Below, piece by piece: positions 1 through 14,314 of a DNA stretch of 64,000 nucleotides. The DNA is from Dicyema japonicum (lineage: Eukaryota; Animalia; Dicyemida). Within the stretch, counting starts at the first letter, position 1; the number at the start of each line of letters is the position of its first letter. Made by a program: the position numbers and the translations under genes. The stretch covers positions 124,001 to 188,000 of the forward strand of contig RDEW01000022.1 of the NCBI GenBank assembly GCA_011109175.1, read 5' to 3'. The notes below the pieces were generated by a model. The model had not been told where the DNA came from and did not search any database. It worked only from the letters and a program-made list of their open reading frames with translations.

Positions 1-3000
1 GTTTGATGCAAAAAAGTTGTAATTTAAATTCTTTCGAGTTTAATTTAAATGACTTAAGTTAGGCCCTGAATAATTCGATATACCTCCTAATTTAGCTCAA
101 AGCGAATCCCAAATTTCCAAATCATCTTGTCTATCATTTTTAACCACTTGTTGGTTTGATTTACTGATTATATCCCGATATACTGTAGCTGATCAATATA
201 AGAGGAAGAATGAAAATTTGGGACAAATTATACAATATTATATTTATATGCAAATATCACATCGTCCTGAGGGCAATGGGATAAATCTACTTTAATTGGA
301 CTTTACCACAAGAATGGAAAATGTATCAATAAAACACGAGAAAACGTAAATAACTTAGTCAGACTAAAACATCCAATTTAATATTATCGAGTTAGATATT
401 GTGATTAATTCGAGTACAACTTTCATTCTACTACGTTGACTATTAGTTTATGAGGCAATCTGTTGTATTTTTAACACAAGATTGGACGGTCAAATGAAAG
501 CTGTTCCGTTATATTAACTCAATAGAATTTTTTGATATCGGGGAGATCATTCAGACATATTAACACGTGCAGTATAAATTTCATATTAAATTTATCCATC
601 TTTATTATTGTATAATCTCCGACATCGATTTATGTACAAAATAACATTGGAGAATATACCAGTAGAGAAACATCTGTTGAACCTAGTTTGTGGTTAATTG
701 TAAGAAAAAGACGGAACGGTGGGTCACAGAAAGAAATGCATGTAGCGAAACACAATGTAAACCGTACATACACTGAGAAGAGACAGATAATTAAGTGCGG
801 AAACTGCTATGTAAAGAAAACCAGACAAAATTAATTTATGAAGTTTGAATTAGAATTTTGAATTTCTATTAATTTGAATAAATTAGTACATTTCGATTAA
901 TTTAAATAAATATGTCCATAGAGAAACAAATATGATATTTAACCGGATACTTTGAGAGAGTGACTTTGAAATAAAAATATATATATTCGTATAATCGGTA
1001 AAAGAATTTGTACAAAAATAGCGAACTGCTTCAACTTGTTCACAGTTTGAATGTTATAATAGCTCCTGAGATGAGGTTCGACATTCCTTTCCGTGGCAAT
1101 ATGTTGCAGTCAAGATTTTAGTTCCGGGAAAATTTCCGTAATACGTCGTTTACGTGGTTAGTTTTTTTCACACAACATTGAAAATTATAATCGAATAAAA
1201 AATATTATTTCAATTTATTCGAAAAGCTTAATTTTGTCACCTTGTATGTCTGCTGAAAATTGTAGTGGCAGATCTCTTGATTTCTGACTATTAATTTTTC
1301 TGTGATGAAAAAGTAATTTTACGAAAATCCACAGATAAAGATGGAACAACGAAAATACTATTATAGCTGAAATTTTCAAAGAGAATATAATTTTAAAAGT
1401 TAACCGTAATTTAACTTCTAATTTTTCTTATTTCTGTTGATTAAAGTTTTCCGAGTAACGTAGATCGAAAACACCAAACACTCCAAATTATATTATTGAA
1501 TAATCCTGTTAGCTATGATATGTTATATTTTCAAATATTTCTTCAGTTGAATATTTTTGACGACTCTTTAATGAGATCTTGCGGTTGTGTTTTTCTTTGT
1601 TTTCTTCGCGAATTACAGATGCGATAAGAAAAAATTAAGGATACAGGATCACGAGAATTCAATTTTATTTAAAAATCAATTGTAGAATTTAAAATTTAAA
1701 TGTTCAATTTGTGTGTTATTTATAAATTTTTAAAAAATATTAAATATAATAAAAAATTTAATCAAATGTATTGATTTTAATATTTCACATTTGATTACGA
1801 AATAATTGCATTTTATTAATGAGAAAGTTTTTAATTTGACTTTCTGGTTATAATCTCACACATATTAGGAGATCAGAAATTTTTACGTTGACGGAAAATA
1901 CTTGTTGATAATGTTATTACTGAAACAATAAATTATAATTAATATGTTGACATTTGTTTGAATTTTATGTTTACGAATAAAGTTAGTGAATATTCAAATA
2001 TTATTTATGGTGAATTCTGTATTGCAGTTAGTTTATATATTTGTGATTATTTAATTATTATGTAAAATAAATTGAGTAAAATTATCTAATATTTTGCATA
2101 ATTCTAATAATTTAATTCGCCTCGAAAAGATACAAATCCCTCAAAGGAGTTTGGGTTAAGTAGAGTCTTGAAATAACGGTGATCAGGGAGAGGGTTTACG
2201 CAATCCTGGCCTCTTAACTAAATGACCTTAGTTTTTCTTATTTTAAATAAAATTGAATAATAAAAAATTTTATAATTTATTTTAAATTTTCAAATTAACG
2301 TTTGCAATCTAATTTTCTAGTAATTTTTTGTCGATTGGAACAAGTAGCTTAGTGGACATATCCCAGTATTAGTTATTTGGTAAAAAGTTTCCTCCATTTC
2401 TTACTTTCTCTTGTTTTAGTGGCGACATGTAATCTGCATGTCTCAGATGACACCCAATGGTAGATTGAATGAAAAAAGGTTCATTTGTTCTTCAACTCTA
2501 CTGAAAAGTCCTCACAGCTGCAAGAAGTCGATGTGCTCATCATGAGATGGAAAAGGGATTGATGAGGAGGAGCTAGATCATTGAACGCATTTTCTTACGA
2601 ATGGTGAAATGAAATGTGTTCCCTCGTAGATTATTAACTTCTTCTCCATTCTACTGAAGGGCTACTACAAGTCAAGAACTCGACGTTTACTTCCATTTTT
2701 ATAGGTGTGCGTGACATTGGAAAGACTTTCTGCTTCAGCCACCTTGTCAACTGTACACATTCAATTAGCTGTTAACATTAATTAATTTACCCCCAGTCAC
2801 TTCGAGTGAGGGAAACCGCAATAACATCACAGACAAGAGCGGACGCTCCAGAGATCCATCAGATGTATTTGATGCTGTGCATAACTCGAAGGTAGGTCCG
2901 GAGAAGCAATGGCCCGTATTCTGGCGTCAAGAAAGCATGATGGGCAAAGTGAAAGAAGAATATGTTCAGTTAGGAACATAAATCCATTTGGCAAGCACAT

Positions 3001-3269
3001 AGAGGTTTGCGAAGAGGAAAAGAAATTCCCACTGTAGAGAAGCCTGGCCTCCGTCAATATTCGTTGGAAAACGTCCCAGAAGCTTGTTGGTACCAAGGCT
3101 AATGATGACATTTGCGGAAATCCAATCATAGATCATTTTTAGGGGTGACTGAGAGTGCTCAGCCCTGAAGGTTCAAAGAATACTATCTTTGTCAGGGAAC
3201 GTAGGAATAATTCTCCTATTGTTTGTAAAGGCACAAAGGTAGTCAACCGGGTGACTCAGCGTTATACAC

Positions 3270-3540
3270 TTGTCAAATAATTTGGGAGCTTGTATGGCTA
3301 GGATATTTCCTCTGAGAATAGGTGTGACCGGTTGAGAACGAGTTTAGGCTGAGAAAGAGGCGAAAAATCGATTTTGTCGTTGCAAATATCACACCAAGTA
3401 TTTTGGGAGTTTTAATCACAGGAAGTAGAGCGTGCTTAGAACAACGCTGGTTCCAATCTGACCTGACGACGGTAATGGTAAAATCCGTTAAGGACGACTT
3501 TTCGTTAGAAGGGCTAAGAGGGTTTTGGCCAACCAAGAAG
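3270..3540 (-). mobile_element. Degenerate non-LTR RT C-terminal remnant (I/Ingi-like)
   Basis: ORF 3273-3536 contains LPVIKTPKILGVIF, matching IPVTRSPTVLGVMYD and LPLQTRPTILGVTFD in the intact elements at 43.5 kb and 54.7 kb. Confidence 0.4.
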
Positions 3541-3599
3541 AGATTTTGACAAAATGTTCTTGCATGATGCAGATAACTGTTAGAAAATAATTATTTCAT

Positions 3600-4106
3600 T
3601 CCCGCCTACTTAATGATGAGGCGTTTCTCCCATGGACCGCTATGGAGACTAACTGGATAAGCCATTACTTTTTGCGGTTATCATGTATTCAGAAAGAAAC
3701 AATATGTCCGAGTTTCTTGAAGAAGACCAGGTACTTACTGTTTATCGCTCCGGTTGTCTCTGTAGCAATCATGAGAAAGGTATATTGGTCGAAGAGTCCT
3801 TTATGCTTCTTTTCTTTAGTTCTCCCTGCTTTCCCTGTGACGGAAAGTGTCTTACTACGCTCCCGATTATGTTGATGGGACAGGGTCGACACATGTAGTA
3901 TTCCAAATCATCAGTTCACCTTGCATAGACGGAAAGATTGCAACTCGTTCGATCACTTTCCGTCTCCCTTGTCTATGACAGTGGGTTTCAGTATGGAAGG
4001 GCGTCCAGCAGACTACATTGCGTGGTTCACAACAATATTCAACTGAGTAACCGCGAGAATATTCCCGCACTTCTGCATGTGGAGCCAATGTATCAGAAGT
4101 CTTCAA
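3600..4106 (-). mobile_element. CRE-clade non-LTR retrotransposon, 3' (restriction-like endonuclease) remnant
   Basis: Frameshifted pieces AIFPSMQGELMIWNTTCVDP, KHKGLFDQYTFLMIATETTGAIN and LVSIAVHGRNAS parallel the C-terminus of the CRE element at 38.6-39.1 kb (FPFANGRNLIWDATCVDT...YLFVPFAVETSG). Confidence 0.65.
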
Positions 4107-5580
4107 TCAACGCTCCGTTTCTTTCAGATCTACCAGCGATCAGACAGGCACCTCGTTGTTTATTCATATTTTTAAGTAGTCTCGAAAAATTTATCTTCAC
4201 ATATGATTTTATAGTAGTCTTCCTGTTTCATTTGGAATTCGGATGTTTTCAGCGCTTCTGGTAACAGGAAACTGAATACTCCGTTTCTTTGGTCGATGAC
4301 TCAAAATAAACATCCATTTCATAATTGACAGGGGTCGCATCATCTAGACCAGTGTTTCTCAACGAAAGGCAATTTTTGAATTATTATTATTTTATTTATG
4401 TTATATTTATAATTAAATTTATTTTTGAATTATTGTTATTTTATTTATGATATTATGTCGAGAGCCAAAACTATTACCAAGCCACAGACGTTACCTTTGA
4501 CAGCCGAAATCAATGTCAAAAAATAAAATAATCAATTATTTCAAAGCAAACATTAACTAATTATTGATAATTTCAAAGAAAACATCAACTTTCAACAAGG
4601 ATGAAAGCTGGACGAAAAAAGCTCGTAGAAATGATGTTTGGGAATACAGCACAAACGAAATTTTAAGTATTCCTGTGAATATGAGAAACACGTGATTGCT
4701 TTTAATTAATAGAAATATTAAATTTTATAGACTCGTATACTCTCAGTTTATTAAGGGTCATCGCTCAATAGTCAACAGTTAAATCCTAAGGGTTACTCTG
4801 TGTCGTAGAGCTACGTCACATTCGGACAATAATCTTGTTGATGTGTTGATGGTCAACATCATATATTATTATGGAATTTGTCTTCTATTGATGCATGAGT
4901 CCTTATTTCTTTGGAAAGAAGATTGCAGAGAAGAAGCATTATAATAGGAAGAGAATAAGCTTATTTCTTTTGAAGAGGAAGATTGCAGAAGTGACGAAAT
5001 GAAAAACAAAAGTTGGAATTGCCTTCGGATCTGCTCAAACTTTTTTATATATCGATTTGTATATTAAAAAGGCGGTAGCTTAGTAGACTGGCTGCTTTTA
5101 AGTGTTTTCGTTGCAATTTTAAATTTTTAATCGGCTGGATATTATGTTCTGGTCAAATGATCACTATTGCAGCCATCTGAGTTGAAGATAGTTTCAGATA
5201 TGAGGACCTGAGAAATAGACTTAGTGGGGATAGTTTCAGAGATGTTTAATCAATGCTTCAAACATTTTAGGTTAAATTTTTAACATTAAATCAAATTTAA
5301 AATTAAATTATTTAAATAATCCGTTGGATAATTGCACACTGTTGAGGTGGAGAAAAAAAAGTGGAGTTAAATAAATAAATAAGAAGTACGAGATGCTTGC
5401 AAACTAGATGGAGGCAGACGCTTGGATGCAATGCCCTCCTTATTCCATAGTATTGACGTTGGAAGGAATTGCGACAAAGTACCACAAGACTTATCTACAT
5501 AGGTAAGAGTAGATATGAAGATACAGGCCTACCTACAATCCAATGTTTTAAAGCGAACCACAGAGAGCCTGACACTGAGA

Positions 5581-5750
5581 GAAGCCCGAGATATCAAGTG
5601 AGTAAAGGGATCAAGAGATAAGAGGAAGCCGAAAGTATCAAGTGGGTAAAGGATCAAGAGTATAAGAGGAAGCCGGAGATACCAAGTTGGTAAAAGGATC
5701 AAGAGTATAAGAGGAAGCCGGAGATACCAAGTGGGTAAAGGGATCAAGAG
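5581..5750. repeat. Tandem repeat, ~45-bp unit, about 3.7 copies
   Basis: GGATCAAGAG recurs at 5608, 5651, 5696 and 5741. It lies directly 5' of the degenerate RTE copy. Confidence 0.85.
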
Positions 5751-5759
5751 CAATTTTGT

Positions 5760-7313
5760 GGTCCAGGTGGTGACGTCACTTTTTGAAATATGTCTTTTCA
5801 CGTTTGATTACCCATTTTCCATTCTTCTTCGGTACTTTCAAAACTCCAGGTTTGAAGTTCACTGTCAAAACATCAACTTGGACGTGATTTATAAAAACGA
5901 AAATTATCGCACATTCCACTCGAAATTGGATGATTATTATATAATTTGTTCGGGCTCTTATTGTCGACATTATAGTCTTGGATTTGCAGTCCACGGATAT
6001 CTTTATGACCCTGTGACACGTGTATTGGATGTCTTGGATTGTAATTAACTCATTATATCAAGTTCAGAACGAAACATAATTCTGTCATCTCTATCATCAA
6101 TGATATGCTCCGACCGCTGTCGGGTTGATGTCGACTCTGAAGAGATTGGTGTGTTTACTCACTGGGACATGACTCACTTTCTTCATCAATTCTGACATTC
6201 ATTGGTGGTGACTGGATTCCTAGAATTGGCAAAGTGAGGAACGAGGAGACCTGTATTAGATCACATGCTCAAAACCGCCGAAGTTACTCTGATGTTTCAT
6301 TACTCTATTTCTGCGAATCCTCAACTTATTTAACGAATACTGCCTTGATCATCCAACAAGACAAGAAAAAAACTATATGGTTGGTTCAAGAAGAAATAAA
6401 AGTGGGAACCTGATCAAAATACACAGCCAAACCGGTTATATTTTGTGTTGAAGTAACAGAAACCTTATAAGGAACTCGAGATTTTATGTTGGCCTCGGAA
6501 CGTCAAGTGACCACAAACTAGTGATGAGAGAGTACGGCGAAAACTCAGAGAGCGATAAAAAGATGGAATCTGATATTCCTAACAGCTATGGATCTGACGT
6601 TAAATTTCATAAACATCAAAACACCCCTGGATTGCGTATAAGTGTCTCGCAAACTCTTAAAGAACATCTAAACTGCAGGAGAACGGCTTCTAAACACTGA
6701 TGATGTAGAATGATATCATACTCCTAGAAGATAGTCATCTAGCAGTCGAATTGGGGAATTCTGCCTCTAACTTTTTTGAAACCACTCGGGGAGTTCCACA
6801 GTAGACTCTTTGTCCCCTTCTTACATCATTTACCTTGAGGCTTCGTTGAGAGACTTCAGATCGTCTATCGATGAGTTGATTTACTCGGATGATCTAGACG
6901 TTGAGTCTGGAGATGCTAAATTTCTCAATTACCTAAGCAATTATCTAGCATATATTCAAGAAATGGTTCCTGAAGATAAACATCGACAAAACGGAATTTA
7001 CATCCGACAAGACGTGACGAAGACATACTATGAAGATCAATAACGCAAAATTATATAAATTATGTAACACAGAACCAAATCGACGGAAATCCGGCGATCG
7101 AGATGGCGACGACTGTTAGGACGCATTTTGGACGTATCGGCAGATCGTGTGATGAGGAATATTTCTTGGAACCAAGAAGACTATTCCGAGGAATGGCCGG
7201 GAAACTCTAAATCTCCGCAAAATGAGGACTTAATAGGCGTCCGTAGAAAATTAAAAACGGCGAACGATCTTGATGAACTAAGAGAACTTGAGAAAAAAGG
7301 GGACCTTGGATGA
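5760..7313 (+). mobile_element. Heavily degenerate RTE-like LINE
   Basis: APE-like DDYYIICSGSYCRHYSLGFAVH (cf. AEYRIICQPSDSKHYGLGFAIH at 11.9 kb) and RT-like SPSYIIYLEASLRDF...LIYSDDLD (cf. SPVFFVTYLEAALRDF...FYADDFD at 31 kb). It carries the same 5' GGTGGTGACGT motif; many stops and deletions. Confidence 0.7.
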
Positions 7314-8531
7314 GAATTGTACAAACGGTGGCTGGCGCGGCACAAGGGAACCTTAATTGACTCTTTGTTCTCAGCGGTGCTTATAATATTAATTGAGTGA
7401 TTGTCTCTGTGGAACGTCTTTATTCATCAACAAGCTGGACTATTGACCGAAACTACTAAAGAAATTACTCAATACAGTTATGGAGTCAGTCCAGCCTCAA
7501 TTTGATGTGAAATAAGTATTCTATGCAGTCTTTCTCCAACGCTTATGTGTTAGTTTTTGCTTCATTGAGAAAATTCCTTTCCGAAAACTACCCTAAAGTT
7601 TAAATTTTGAATGAAGATCGGCTAGTATCACCATTTCTACTAACATCTTTTTTACATCATCTGAAACTTGTCTCAAATAACGAAGAGTTTATTGATAAAA
7701 TGGTGGATGAAAATTGCATAGAGAGTGATAAGGATAGTCTGGGGTTTAGGCTCGGGAGAGGAACTTCAGAGCTTCATTTCCAGATGGTCTGGAATGGGGT
7801 GGATTTTTGATTCCCAGTGAAATTGATCAATAAAGGGTGATTGGGTCGGGAAAGGAACAGATCAAATATTGTATTCCTACTTTAGCATAATTACTTATGA
7901 ATATTTCATAGAATTTGTATAATTTATTCCAAAACAACTAAATTTTCCCAAATAACCTCAAAACACTGCTTGGTTTCTTCATTCCTTTATTACTGTAAAA
8001 TCCAAGTCTAGAAAGAATCAAAATGATCATTTGATTTTCCTCATTACTTTGGATTATTCCTTGAGGGATTTCTACAACTGTGCTTATGGACTGATTTTTG
8101 TGCTTAAAGGACATTTCTTTTCTGGTTCTGTGATGTTTTTGGATGCATAAAATTGATCGTTAACCACCACCCTCTTTATCGGTAGATCCTGAGCTAATTA
8201 ATGAGTAAGTCATACGAAGTGTTAATATGATTTCTTATTGATTATTTTAAAATCTCTCAATTTCCTATATTTGTTGTTATTATATCATTCACAAGTTTTA
8301 AATAAGGAAATAATGAACCAAGTTGAATAACAGTTAGTTTAAATTAGTATGTTAACTAAAACCCATCCAAGTACGATTAATGTTATTCCATTGGACGAGC
8401 AGCGGACGAAGTACTAAATTTTCGGGCATGGGTGCTTACTATCAAATTAGAGTTAATTGTTTACTTGTTATGCTTTGATCTTGGAATAAAAATAATATAA
8501 ATTGATTAAATATAAAATTAAAATATTTTAC

Positions 8532-9330
8532 CTTCAGTTGTAGTGGGAGAAGTTGTTGTCGTCATTTCTATGAATAAACATAATATTCAAATGAATATAA
8601 TAAACGTGGAATTAAAATATTTTTCCTTTAGAAGTAATCATGGATGAAATTGAAGAAGAGATTTTACCTTTAGTGGTAGCCGTGGAAGTACTAGTATATC
8701 CTAATAAAATATATTATAATGAAGTACCCGCTATTGGTCCAATAGGTTCTTTATTCAATAGGTAGGAACTGCAATTATTTGCTTTCAAATTATTATAAAT
8801 AAAACCCTCTCCCTTAAATGATGTATTACTAGATCTTCTAAATAATTGCAATTTCATATAAAATATGTGGAGAGCATATTCAACCACTTCAAATTTAAAA
8901 TTGTAACAATAATAAAAATTTTCAAAGTCAAATCTTTCTCTTGTCCCCTCAGTGCCATCAAAACCTATTTTTTAAGTTACAAAATACCTGAATATTTAAT
9001 TCTAAATTCTTTCAGATAATTAATACTATCGCTTATTTCTATTTTAAATTGAACTTTTATATTTTTTTCCAGAAATATAATGTAGAAACTATCAGCATCA
9101 GTCACAAATTCAATGTTTGAATTGTTAAAATTAAAAACTTGACTCTACTATTATCATATTCACATACATCTCCATCTTTTGTAACCCTCAAGTTCATTAT
9201 CCGCTAAATAGTACGGTAAACTCGTATCATAAATTATCCTCCAAGTTGGAATTGGCTCACTTGATATTTTATTTACTCTATAATTGTTTTCATTTCCAAT
9301 CAAGCTAACAAACATCACAAGACCTACAAA
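8532..9330 (-). pseudogene. LAMP-like domain plus Thr-rich micro-exons (family member A; 5' part frameshifted or unresolved)
   Basis: Spliced through 23-, 24- and 27-nt GT-AG introns it reads ...FRIKYS|GFDG...FYYCYNFKFEVVEYALHIFYMKLQLFRRSSNTSFKGE|ANNCSSYLLNKEPIGPIA|GYTSTSTATTK|EMTTTTSPTTTE. Intron positions match the genes at 22 kb and 61-62 kb. Confidence 0.55.
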
Positions 9331-9499
9331 TTATTATATTTTAACGAACTCCAATCATAATAGTCATAAAGTAAGATGATAATTAGTATTCTTGATTAAT
9401 TTATTATAAAAATTATTAAAATAAAATTATTAAATTTAATTATAATTTAATAAAAATATACCAAGATGACAAAGCTGAATGGATCGCATAAGTTGTTGG

Positions 9500-12170
9500 A
9501 ACTGCCAAGTCGAGATTTGGAGTTCCTGTTATTTTTCTCAGCTGACCTCTGTGGAACGAGTCTAGTTTTTTCATATCCGCTGATGAGGTCGCCCAAGTTC
9601 CAGCGTTATATAAAAGTACGGGTTTTATGAATGAGTCGTATAGTAGGATTCTCATTTTCGTGTCGATGCCTTTTTGATTGAGCCATAGATTCTTCAGTTT
9701 ATATAACGCAGTATTGGCTAGAGTTTTCCTACGTAAAATATCTTCGCTATTTCCCATAAGTGAACCGAGTTTCTTTACTTGTCGCCACTTCTCTTCTATG
9801 ACGTTACTCATCCTTCTTATCTCTGTGAGTTCTGTTTTTCTCTGTTCACAGTAAGAAACCATTTCCCTAGTACATCTGGTGCTTTTTCTAATAGATTTTC
9901 CAGGACCTCTTTGTCTTCAGAAATTAGGTCTACATCGTCCGCGTAGATTACTTCTTTCGTCTTTCCTTGGTATGACGGTCTAAGTTCCCTCATAGCTGCT
10001 TCCAAATAAATTGTGAATAGTAGAGGAGAAAGAGAATCTCCTTGTGGAGTGCCCGTATTTGTTTCAAATTTTCTTGAATAGGTTTTTCGACTCTCACAAG
10101 GAGCTCAGTGTTAGAAAGTAGAATTCGGATCATCCTTAGACTCGATTCATCAAGAAATCCGCTCAGTACCCCCATTAATTTGTTCCTGTTAACCGTATCA
10201 AAAGCTCTTGATAGATCAATTCCCAAAATATTGGTGGCGTTACGGTATCTTTGATATGTTGCACACCTCCATCTGTGACTCCAGACCGCATCAGCTGTGG
10301 ATCTCCCTTCTCGAAAACCACTTTGACTATCTGGTAGGTATTTGTAAGCAGGTCTTTTATTCGTTCAAGCACAATGTTTGCCAAGACTTTGCGTAATGAA
10401 TTTAGTAGTATGATGGGTCGCAAATTTTTGATCGGTCCTCTGTTTTTGTTGGTTTTTGTATGGGGATTAGTAGTCCCGTACCCAGAAGTAGAGTTGAGTT
10501 AGTTGAAAACATTTCATTTAGTAGTGTAGCGATTTTTTCAAAAAGGAGGTCAGGGCCGTATTTCATAGTTCTGGGTTTATCGCATCCGGTCCGGTGCTTC
10601 TGTTATTCTTGAGTTTTCGGCAGGCCGTTTTGATTTCCTCGGCCGTGATTGGTATCTCAAGGGTTCTTGGCCTTCCATCAAACGGGTGGATTTCTATGGT
10701 TTTGATGTTGAAAAGCTTCTCAAAGTGAGCCGCGATGGCTTCAGTTTGTTCTTTGGTGTTTAGTATTAGCTTACCGTTCTCGTCTTTTATGGTTAGTCGG
10801 CTTTGGTTTGTTCGCCGCAGTAAACGGGCAGCGACGTACACCTGTGCGTTGTCTTTCACTTTGTTTACTTCTTCTATACAGGAAGCTATTTCTTCTATGA
10901 AAAGCTTCTTGTTCAGACCCTTTATTTTTCTTCTGACACGTTGTCTTTCGCCTTGAAGGGCTTTTATCGCATTAGTGTCAGAGGCATTTAATTTTCTCAT
11001 ATTTCTTTCTTTTAGACTTTTTGCAAGCTCAGGAACATCTGGATGAATAGCCTTCAGATGCATTTTACTATTCTCCCTTTTGCCAAGACATGCTTCAGCA
11101 GCTTCGTTGATGGTGTCCTTTGTTCGTTTCCAGGCATCTTCTAGTGTGATATTTACTAATACGTCCTGCAGATTAGTCTGAATGTATTGTTGATATCTCT
11201 CAGTAGTCTCCGGTTAGAAATCAGCCTTTCAGTCGCGTAGTCGCCTCTGATTTTCTCAAATTTGTGATTTTTTGCATTCTTGTATTTAATGGCATGTTTT
11301 TTCAGGGTGAAGGTCGCAATGACCATCTTGTGGTCGCTGACAGTCGTCGAGCCTTCATATGAACGTGCGTTTACTAGAAGGTGTTTGTCTTTAGCCCGGC
11401 ATATGACATAATCGATTTGGTTGTATATTGGGACCAGCTTTCCTTCTGAGTTCCTTCGCTTTACCATCCACGTAGTTTTGTGGCAGGCAGGATGCGTAAA
11501 TGCAGTATTGCATAGGAAAAGGTTGTCTGCCATACAAAAGTGACCAAGTATTGTCCCGGGTAAATTTCTTATACCACGTCCATGTTCTCCCAAGAAAACA
11601 TCATCCGGGTTATTCTTCATCCCGACTTTTGCAATCAAATCACCAGCATTGAGTATTAGTGATGACGACTCATATTCGTTGTACGTCCGTAACAGTGTTG
11701 AATAGAAGTCGTCTAGTTCTGTCGGATCTTTCGCTACTCTCCCGCAGTGTGGCGCATAAACACTTACAATTGTCAGAAAGCTCTTCGAAAGAGGTAAGTC
11801 GTTTAGCCGGATTTGTATAACACAGATCCTGTCATTCACACTCCATATACGGTGCACTGCACTTGTCAACTTTGAGTGGATGGCAAATCCAAGTCCATAA
11901 TGTTTTGAGTCGCTCGGCTGACATATAATTCGATATTCGGCAAAGTTTTCATCAAGGCTACAAGTAACTTTCGTCTCTTGTAGGCACCCAATAGATACGT
12001 CGTATCTCTCCAGGTCATCACAGAGAATCTTCCTCGACCAGGTCGTAGATAAGCCTCTAGCATTGAACGTAAGGACTTTTAGACGAGATGCATCCCTTTG
12101 TATCCATTGCCTTTTAGACATTTTTCTCAATTGTGATTCAATCAAGAAACGAGGCACGTCACCACCTCAT
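9500..12170 (-). mobile_element. RTE-clade LINE (APE endonuclease + reverse transcriptase), frameshifted
   Basis: APE motifs LKVLTFNARG, CLQETK, VSVYAPH, NQIDYVI, SDHKMV. RT motifs NRSTGPDAI, RPIILLNSLRK, DLSRAFDTVNR, YADDVD, KPVLLYNAGTW. Confidence 0.92.
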
Positions 12171-13169
12171 TAAAAAGAATTGTATCTTTTCATTATATTA
12201 ATCTTTGCTTTCATTAGTTTCGTCTCATTGACCATCGAGATGTCAACCTTGGAGGCCCCTGCGAGTAGTGCAGCTCATTATGCCTTTCCTCTAGGAATCG
12301 GCATTCCGAAATTTAGAGAAACATGAAAAGTAAGATCCCTTTGAAAAACTATTAAATAATTCTCAACTTTCTTAATAAAACTCAGTAATTAACACGACCT
12401 ATAAAAAGCGAATTTATAATTTTAATTTCTAAGATCTACTTTACAATTCTAAAATCATTTTTTTCTAAATTGAGTTAGCTTATCTTGCTGTGGAAAGCAT
12501 AGTTGACCAGACATTAGATCTACCATAAATAAGACAAGGTTCCAAGCAATGCTTTGTTTTGGGGTTGACGAGTGACACCGTCATCAGTGTTTCAACACAG
12601 CAGAACTGGATTGTTTTCTGGAACTCACACACAAAGAACAGAACACTTTCAATCAAGCCTTGGATTATTTATCATTACATTAGACATATTGTTCACACGT
12701 GGGGTCACGTAGTTCAGAAAAGTATTGAGCCATCAGATGTCACCTAGCAAACTGTTACTTGAGCAAGTGGACCCTTCTGAAAGATTAATTTCAGGCCTGG
12801 ATCCTGCATGCAATCACGCTTTCTTTGTTCAGAACTTCGGGTTTCCAATATCTCCCGAATCTGACACGTCGTCCATGTTCTCAAAGTAGGAAGACAAGGT
12901 TGTAATCAATCATAAGCTAAGTAGACATTTTGTGAAATTGAGGAACATCACCACTTCAACCCCTCGATCGATTAATCACTCTGTTAACCTTTTTGGAAAA
13001 TAAAGTCGCCGCGAAATTAGAAGTGAGATCGTAGCTGGAATAATTTATTTTCTCCCGTTCTATCCGAATGAAAGAAACCGGTGGTTAACAAGAACTCTAA
13101 AGCCAAAACGGACGCTCCCAGAGCTGGAATGATAGTCTCGCGACCTGATAACGGTTCCACAGCGTCTAA

Positions 13170-13480
13170 TAAATTTATTATTTATTTTAAAGCCCAAAGA
13201 CCACCAATAAAGTATTAATTCGCTAAATTAAGTGATTCCAGTTTCCAACATCTCTCAAACTCTCTTCGAATTCTCCGCCAGTTAACCAACAACGTTTCTA
13301 AGTGTCTTATTTCTGCAGAGGAATTCTATCGGAGTGCACTTTTTTAATGCCGTTCTGAATTCTTCCTCATGAACTACCTTCTCTCTGAATGGGTTTCCTA
13401 GCTCATTGAACATACGTAGGAAGCCCTGGCCATTTCTCACCGTTGCCTCCGAAAGAAACTGGGGATGGATATGAGTCTGA
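13170..13480 (-). mobile_element. 3' fragment of an Ingi/Vingi-like LINE
   Basis: GQGFLRMFNELGNPFR resembles GSGFLRVCEEDGNPLR of the 41-44 kb element. It ends in GAATCACTTAATTTAG... plus an AT-rich tail like the copies at 52.4 and 59.85 kb. Confidence 0.55.
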
Positions 13481-13635
13481 ATGCATATTCCTCATGATCT
13501 TCTGTCCTAGAGAGTTTATAAATTCGACCCTCGTAGAAAGAATACCGAAGCTCTGTTTAATAAATCATTCAATTAATTTCAAAAATTTAGAAAACTGTAA
13601 GAGATTAACAAAAACTAATGATGATCATATGAAAT

Positions 13636-14314
13636 TTATAAAATACTTCCTCTCTTCGAGCGAATATCTGAGCTACTAACAGAGGGAAAACGAGAGAACT
13701 CAGCCACACCTAACTCTAAGATCACCAACTCAACCTTGAATAGCGAACTTGTGATTTAAGCTTCAGCCAAGAAACAGCCTCGTCAGGAGAAGCACGAGAC
13801 TCAATGGAATTCTATTCCGGTGTTAATAAACAGCAAATCAGCTTTGTTCTTCTATATCTTCACCAAAAAAACACGCCATCAAATTTGCATTACAAACGAG
13901 ATGTTTGCTCGTTCATCCCCCTAGAATAATCATCTCAGTATTGATAGCCTTCATGGAAAGTAAGTTAATCTTTCGAACGTCTTTAATAATGTCAAGTTTG
14001 AGTCCAGGACGGCCAAAAGAGTGGACAAACAACATATCTCCAATAGAACCCTGAGTCAAAGCGGGACAAAAAACCGGGATATCGTTCTACAATATATTTA
14101 AGTCAAATTTCCTTGTTAGCCCAATAAATATGTAACTTTCGTTATTATTCTCTTTTCCTAGTCGCTGACCTAACTTGGAAGAAGTCCATTTGTATTCTGA
14201 GGAGTTATTACATATGTTTACATATTTTTGGTTAATAATAGGCATAATCCAAGTGTCGAATGCACAATAATTGTTATTCGGAATCAAAATGTAACCTTTT
14301 ACGTGCGAAATCAC
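13636..14314 (-). pseudogene. DHPS: Deoxyhypusine synthase, C-terminal half, disrupted (copy 1)
   Basis: Fragments [79 protein letters not shown] and SLVFPLLVAQIFA match the DHPS C-terminal half. Frameshifts and stops present; no N-terminal half. Confidence 0.88.

Noticed and set aside
1-2800. Scattered Cys-containing short frames
   Set aside because: No consistent spliced model or recognisable domain; left unannotated.
4350-4694. Possible hAT-type MITE (CAGTGTTTCTCAAC ... TGAGAAACACGTG)
   Set aside because: The right end is imperfect and there is no matching 8-bp target-site duplication.
5529-5801. Leucine-rich 90-aa ORF
   Set aside because: It is a by-product of the 45-bp tandem repeat read antisense.
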